From Candidatus Krumholzibacteriia bacterium (lineage in GTDB: Bacteria > Krumholzibacteriota > Krumholzibacteriia > LZORAL124-64-63): a stretch of 39,859 nucleotides of DNA. Where the stretch lies: assembly GCA_046484865.1 (NCBI GenBank), contig JAWOID010000016.1, positions 1 through 39,859 of the forward strand, given 5' to 3'. Made by a program: the position numbers and the translations under genes. The notes under the pieces were generated by a model. The model was given only the letters and a program-made list of their open reading frames with translations. It searched no databases and was not told where the DNA came from. Positions within the stretch are counted from its first letter, which is position 1. The number at the start of each line of letters is the position of its first letter. Of the stretch, positions 35,141-39,859 are shown one piece after another.

Positions 35141-37737
35141 CCGGCTCGTCGTGGCGGCGCCTCCGGCTCCCGGATGGGCCGGCCGGCATCCTGCTGCCTG
35201 CGCTGGCGGGCGGCCTGGCGGGGCTGGCCCTGGCGGCCCTGCTGGTGGGCTTCGTCGCGCCGGCACCCGGACCGGTGCCGCTGGAGGACCTGGAACGCAG
35301 CCGCCGGCGTCCATCGTACCGGCTCGTGACCGGCGATGCCGTCTTCTCCGTCCAGGAGAGCCGGGGTCTGATCTCCGCCGCGGTCGGTGAGATGCAGGCG
35401 GACGAGGCACCTCAGGTGGTGATCGGCGATCGCATCGGTGTCGTCGGCCACCGCCTCGCCGCCGGCAGCATGACCGCCCGCTGGCAGATGAACGTGCCCG
35501 TCGGCTTCGACTGGCAGCGACCCTGCGCGTGGCCGCACGGGATGTGGGACGTGGACCGCGACGGCGACCGGGAGGTCGTCGTCACGTCCGGCAACCAGGA
35601 CGGGAGCCGCTGGCTGCTCTGGGCGCTCGACGCCGCGGGCGGTCTGGTCGGTGACATGCACGAACTTCCCGGCGGTCCCGACCACCGGCCCGACGGACGG
35701 TGGGACGGCGGCTACGGCGTCCTGGGGCTCATCGACGTCCCCACGGCGCGCGGTCCCCGTCTCGCCTACGCGGTCGCGGTGACCGCCCTGTTCGACAGGG
35801 AGCCGCGCGGCGTGCTGGCCCTCGACGTGGCGACCGGGGAGATCCTCTGGCGATATCTCGTCGGACCGAAGGTGTGGCCGCAGTGGGGACGCGTCGCGGA
35901 TCTGGACGGCGACGGCAGCGCCGAGGTCGTGTTCGCGGGCGCCGCCGTCAACAACCTTCAGGGGCGGCGGGTCGGCCTGTACAGCGACGACACGTGCGCG
36001 ATCTTCGCCCTCGACGCCGTCGGGGACCTCCTCTGGCACCGTGTGGTGGCGGAGGGAACCGCCCATTGCGAGATCACGCCGGTCGACCTGGACCACGACG
36101 GCGCCAGCGAGATCGTGGGCATCTTCCAGTCCGGCGCCCAAGGCGGCATCATCGTCCTCGACGGCGGGTCCGGCGACGAGATCTGCAGCCTGCCGATGCC
36201 CGGTCTCAAAGGCGGCATCGTGGTGGGGCCCCTGCACGGCGGCGATCTGCTCGTCGCGGCGAAGCTGGGCAACGGCGTGCGGATCGTTCGTCTGCGCGGC
36301 ACGACCTGGGAGATCGGGGCGGAGGCCGTCCGGAGCGGATCTTGGGAGGTTCTCGCCTGCGAAGACATCCTGCCGGAGGTGCCCGGCCCGGAGCTGGCTC
36401 TTCGCCACGCGGAGGGACGGGTCGTGGTCGCCGATACCGACCTGCAGGTGCATGCCGCCACCGACGCCTCCTACCCGTGGGTCGATTCCCTCGAGGTCGT
36501 CCACGTGCCGGGCGCCGGTCCGGTACTGGTGCCGATCGGCGCCAACTACCCCTTGCATCAGGGACCGATCCTTTCTCTTCAGCCGACGGTCGCGGACGCG
36601 GGACCTCCGCCAGGCGTGATGGCCGTCTTGCCTCTGGCGGGCGCGGGGCTCGGCGCGCTCGTGGGCGGGGCCCTGCGCCGCAGGATGCGCGGCAGCTCGC
36701 GCTACCAGGTGCGGGAAGCGCGCCTCGCGCTGCTGGCGCGGCTCGAATTCTCGAATCACGGCGCCATCGGCAGCCTGCGCACGCTGCGGCGGCTGACCTG
36801 GCATCTCGATTCGCTCTGCCAGCAGGGAGACGTCACCGAGCACGGCCGTCGTCGCCTTCACGAACTCGCGGACGAGGTCTTCGAGCAGGCTCTCCCCTCC
36901 TTGCGCCGCAGCCTGGCGCTGGCCGAGCAGGCCGAGGCGTCACCGCACCGCGTGGCCGCCGCCGCGGAGGCCCTCACGGAAGTGGCTCAGCGGCTCGCTC
37001 GGCTGCGGGCGGCCGGCTTCCCGCCTGCCGCGGTGGCGGCCGAGACCCCAGCGCTGCGGCAGGCCGCCGCGGAGGCCGACATCGCGCTGCGTCGCATCCG
37101 GCTCCAGGTCAGCCGGAGCCTCCGCTGCGACCTCGACCAGGTGATCCAGCGCGTCGCCGCCGCGCACGAAGAGGAGCTGAGGGCCGCGGACGTGGAGCTG
37201 GTGGTGACCGGCCGGGAGACGGAGCGCATGAGGGCGGCCGGAGTGGCGGGCGTGGCCGGAGCGATTGGCGCTGCTTCGGCGGGCGGGGCCGCCGGAGCGG
37301 CCGGAACCGGCGGGGCGGCCGTAGCCGCCGGAATCGCCGGGGCCGCCGCCGGTGCATGCTGGTGTCAGATGGACGAGGAGGAGCTCGCATTCATCGTCGA
37401 CAACCTCGTGGAGAATGCGGGCCGTGCCGTCCGGAACGTCCCCGTCCGACGCATCGTGATCGACTGTGAACAGCGCCACGGCATGGTTCTCCTGCGCGTC
37501 CGCGATACCGGCTGCGGCATCATCCCGGACGACTGGGAGCGGATCTTCGACCGCGAGTACAGCAGCCGGGAAGACGGCGGGCTGGGCCTGGCGCGGTCAC
37601 GCGAGCTGCTGGCGAAGTACGGAGGACGGCTCGAGGTCGCCGAGAGCCGGCCCGGCGAAGGAACGACTCTGTTGCTGGCGGTGAGAGCGGCCGAAGAGGA
37701 CGCGATCTCGCTGCAGCCGATCACGCCGCCGTGTTGA
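35137..37737 (+). CDS. Sensor histidine kinase with extracytoplasmic FG-GAP/VCBS-like propeller
   Basis: Two TM segments; DVDRDGDREV, DLDGDGSAEV, DLDHDGASEI repeats; HATPase NLVENA, DTGCGI, GGLGL; GTGA overlap with the regulator. Confidence 0.88.
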   Translation: MTGSSWRRLRLPDGPAGILLPALAGGLAGLALAALLVGFVAPAPGPVPLEDLERSRRRPSYRLVTGDAVFSVQESRGLISAAVGEMQADEAPQVVIGDRIGVVGHRLAAGSMTARWQMNVPVGFDWQRPCAWPHGMWDVDRDGDREVVVTSGNQDGSRWLLWALDAAGGLVGDMHELPGGPDHRPDGRWDGGYGVLGLIDVPTARGPRLAYAVAVTALFDREPRGVLALDVATGEILWRYLVGPKVWPQWGRVADLDGDGSAEVVFAGAAVNNLQGRRVGLYSDDTCAIFALDAVGDLLWHRVVAEGTAHCEITPVDLDHDGASEIVGIFQSGAQGGIIVLDGGSGDEICSLPMPGLKGGIVVGPLHGGDLLVAAKLGNGVRIVRLRGTTWEIGAEAVRSGSWEVLACEDILPEVPGPELALRHAEGRVVVADTDLQVHAATDASYPWVDSLEVVHVPGAGPVLVPIGANYPLHQGPILSLQPTVADAGPPPGVMAVLPLAGAGLGALVGGALRRRMRGSSRYQVREARLALLARLEFSNHGAIGSLRTLRRLTWHLDSLCQQGDVTEHGRRRLHELADEVFEQALPSLRRSLALAEQAEASPHRVAAAAEALTEVAQRLARLRAAGFPPAAVAAETPALRQAAAEADIALRRIRLQVSRSLRCDLDQVIQRVAAAHEEELRAADVELVVTGRETERMRAAGVAGVAGAIGAASAGGAAGAAGTGGAAVAAGIAGAAAGACWCQMDEEELAFIVDNLVENAGRAVRNVPVRRIVIDCEQRHGMVLLRVRDTGCGIIPDDWERIFDREYSSREDGGLGLARSRELLAKYGGRLEVAESRPGEGTTLLLAVRAAEEDAISLQPITPPC

Positions 37738-37989
37738 CCGGAGAGGTCCGCTGACGTTTCGCGACGGGAAGCCGATGGCGACTCGCCTCGCCATGACTTC
37801 CCGTCACCGGCACGGGACCTGCGCCGTGAACGTATGAAGTTAACCCGGTGACGTTCCAAACCATGGAACGAACGTGCAACCCACCTCCAGATCGCCGCAG
37901 TGCGTCGGCAGGCTTGCCAAGCGCGCGTCGCCGGGCCGTGCCGAGTTGCCTGCGGCGGACGTGAGGCGCTGGAAGAGGTGGGACGCCCG

Positions 37990-39285
37990 CTACCGCGCAT
38001 CGTCCGCGGCGAGACCGGAATCGCGTCGCCAGGCGGCGGGCGCGAAGAGTTTGCCCCGCTCCGCCCAGAGGACGATCAGGAACGCGGCGATCCCGGCCAG
38101 GAGGAAGCCGAGCGCCATGGGCAGGGTGGTGCCGTCGAACTGCTGGCCGATCGCCGAGCCCAGCACGGCCGCCACCATCGTGGTCAGGAAGGTCTGGAAG
38201 GACGATGCCGCGCCGGCGCCCCTCGCGAACGGCTCGAGCGAGATCGAGCTGAAGTTCGCGCTGGTGAAGGCGAAGGTGAGCATCGTGAACGCCTGCAGGA
38301 CCATGAAGGTGCCGAGCGTCTCGTGTCCGCGCCAGGCCACGATGCTGTGGACCACCGCCAGCAGGATGAACGCCGACAGCGAGGTGTGGCTCATGCGGCG
38401 GGCGCCGATCCGCTCGACCAGGCGGCTGTTGAAGAAGCTGCCCACCGCCATGAAGCTGGCGATGGCCGCGAACGCGTAGGGGAACAGGTCGGCGGCGTCG
38501 AACACGTCGAAGAAGATCTGCTGCACCGAGGTGATGAACCCCATCAGAGACGACATCACCACGCCGGTGGCCAGCATGTAGCCGAAAGCGCTGCGGTGGG
38601 TCACGATCGAGCGCCACGTGCGCGAGATGTCCTGGACGTTGATCTCGACCCGGGTTTCCGGCCTGAGCGTCTCGGGCAGACGCAGAGCGGCCCACAGCAT
38701 GAGCATCCCCGCCACCACGACCAGCGCGTGGAAGATCCACCGCCAGCTCGCGAAGTGGAGCACCAGCTGTCCGAAGCCGGGCGCCAGGATCGGGACGATC
38801 ATGAAGACGATGAACACCAGCGACATGATGCGGGCCATGCGGTCGCCCTGGAAGCGGTCGCGCACCACGCTGACCGCCACCACCCGGCTGGCGGCGGCGA
38901 AGAAGCCGGCGGCCGCCCGGCCGGCGATCATCATAGCGAAGCTGGTGGCCAGGGCGCAGCCCAGGGTGGCCGCCATGAACGCGATCAGGCAGATGATGAG
39001 CACCGGCTTGCGCCCGTACCGGTCCGACAGCGAGCCGTAGAACAAGGACCCCACGCCGAGGCCGAGCAGGTAGGCGCCGACCACCCATTGCCGATGATTC
39101 TCGTCCGCCACGCCCAGGGAGCTGCCGATGGCCGGCAGGGCGGGCAGCATGGGGTCGATGGAGAGCGCGTTGAGCGCCATCATGGCGGCGATCAGCGCCA
39201 CGAACTCCTTGAAGCCCATCTTGAAGCTCACGGGGACATGTCGGGTGCGGGCGGACAGGGGAGATCCTCGGGGTGGAGCGTTCAC
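37990..39285 (-). CDS. Bcr/CflA family multidrug MFS transporter
   Basis: LSIDPMLPALP, GSLSDRYGRKPVL, VRDRFQG, WRWIF, LPETL. Start uncertain (GTG 39285 or ATG 39219). Confidence 0.93.
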   Translation of the reverse strand: MNAPPRGSPLSARTRHVPVSFKMGFKEFVALIAAMMALNALSIDPMLPALPAIGSSLGVADENHRQWVVGAYLLGLGVGSLFYGSLSDRYGRKPVLIICLIAFMAATLGCALATSFAMMIAGRAAAGFFAAASRVVAVSVVRDRFQGDRMARIMSLVFIVFMIVPILAPGFGQLVLHFASWRWIFHALVVVAGMLMLWAALRLPETLRPETRVEINVQDISRTWRSIVTHRSAFGYMLATGVVMSSLMGFITSVQQIFFDVFDAADLFPYAFAAIASFMAVGSFFNSRLVERIGARRMSHTSLSAFILLAVVHSIVAWRGHETLGTFMVLQAFTMLTFAFTSANFSSISLEPFARGAGAASSFQTFLTTMVAAVLGSAIGQQFDGTTLPMALGFLLAGIAAFLIVLWAERGKLFAPAAWRRDSGLAADDAR

Positions 39286-39452
39286 GATGGCGGCGACCCG
39301 GGACAATATGGGCCGCGACGGAGCGCGCGGCCAGAGTGGACCCGGACGTTTGGACCGCCCGCCCCAACCGACTTGCCTGCCGACCTCCCGTCTGGCATCA
39401 TCCAGCGCACCAACTTCCTCCCCCCACGTTCCTCCCGCCGAGGTCGACACTC

Positions 39453-39698
39453 ATGCCCCGCCGTTCCGTATCCGCCTTTCTCGGAAACGCTGCGCGCCCC
39501 GGACTGCCCAGGAGCCGCCGGGGCGCCGGCCGCGACGATCGCGACCAGAACCGCAGCCTCTGGCTGGGCGGACGGCTCTCCGCGCCCTTTCAGGTGGCGG
39601 ATCGCAAGCCGCCGTACCACCCCGAGGTGATCGTCTGGCTGGAGCTGCCCGTCGGCATGGTCGTCGGCGTGGAGGTGGTGCATCCCGACCAGGCCGCC
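39453..39698 (+). pseudogene. 5' part of a host-like hypothetical gene cut off at the 39700 junction
   Basis: RBS GAGGT then [15 protein letters not shown]...[16 protein letters not shown] in host codon usage stops abruptly where low-GC DNA begins. Confidence 0.5.
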
Positions 39699-39700
39699 TT

Positions 39701-39859
39701 TATAAGCGCTATGTTTACATCGCGTTGGGTATTTTCTATAACTTTGGCTGCTTCAGCCACTTTTATGGAGCTCGCCGGAAAGGTACCCGCGGTAATAATA
39801 GATTTATAGAGGTTATCGACAAAGAGGGCGGTTTCGGGAGTTGAGCCGGAAGTTATCTT
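39701..39859 (-). CDS. Internal fragment of a UDP-N-acetylhexosamine 6-dehydrogenase (TviB/WbpO type), low GC
   Basis: Translates as [53 protein letters not shown], the family's catalytic-Lys signature region. Absent from the ORF track. Confidence 0.88.

Noticed and set aside
37863..37964. 33-codon ORF MERTCNPPPD... after a sigma54-like site
   Set aside because: No RBS, atypical codon usage and no recognisable features.

Overview
High-GC bacterial window. The FlgD/T9SS-like C-terminal domain and the short TWSxVKxxYR C-termini suggest an FCB-group lineage such as Krumholzibacteriota/Latescibacterota (inference). The left half encodes mostly secreted and outer-membrane proteins: an S8 protease with PKD domains, a 13-repeat DUF11 lipoprotein, a putative triple beta-barrel OMP next to an OmpA-domain protein, and a thrombospondin-C/PKD protein. 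From about 20.8 to 33.6 kb lies an accessory, defence-like block: two-domain retropepsin, TrmB-like regulator, TauE, WYL regulator, HEPN-motif protein, HigBA-like toxin-antitoxin pair with a frameshifted toxin, and DUF6946 and DUF2779 nucleases. It is followed by a sigma54 two-component pair and a Bcr/CflA transporter. Main non-coding signals: (1) a 135-bp element with 21-bp inverted ends, present in two diverged copies either side of the WYL gene, with a third end at the protease start that forms a perfect 28-bp direct repeat around trmB-tauE; (2) an integron attC-like hairpin and complementary core sites around the TA module, with no integrase in view; (3) a recurring G(T/C)AC-CCGG-GT(A/G)C intergenic palindrome; (4) a long UUCG-capped hairpin covering the RBS of a partial gene at the left edge; (5) an abrupt junction at about 39700 to a low-GC TviB/WbpO fragment, probably an assembly chimera. 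No rRNA, tRNA or CRISPR array was seen. All family calls come from motifs recognised by eye; no searches were run.
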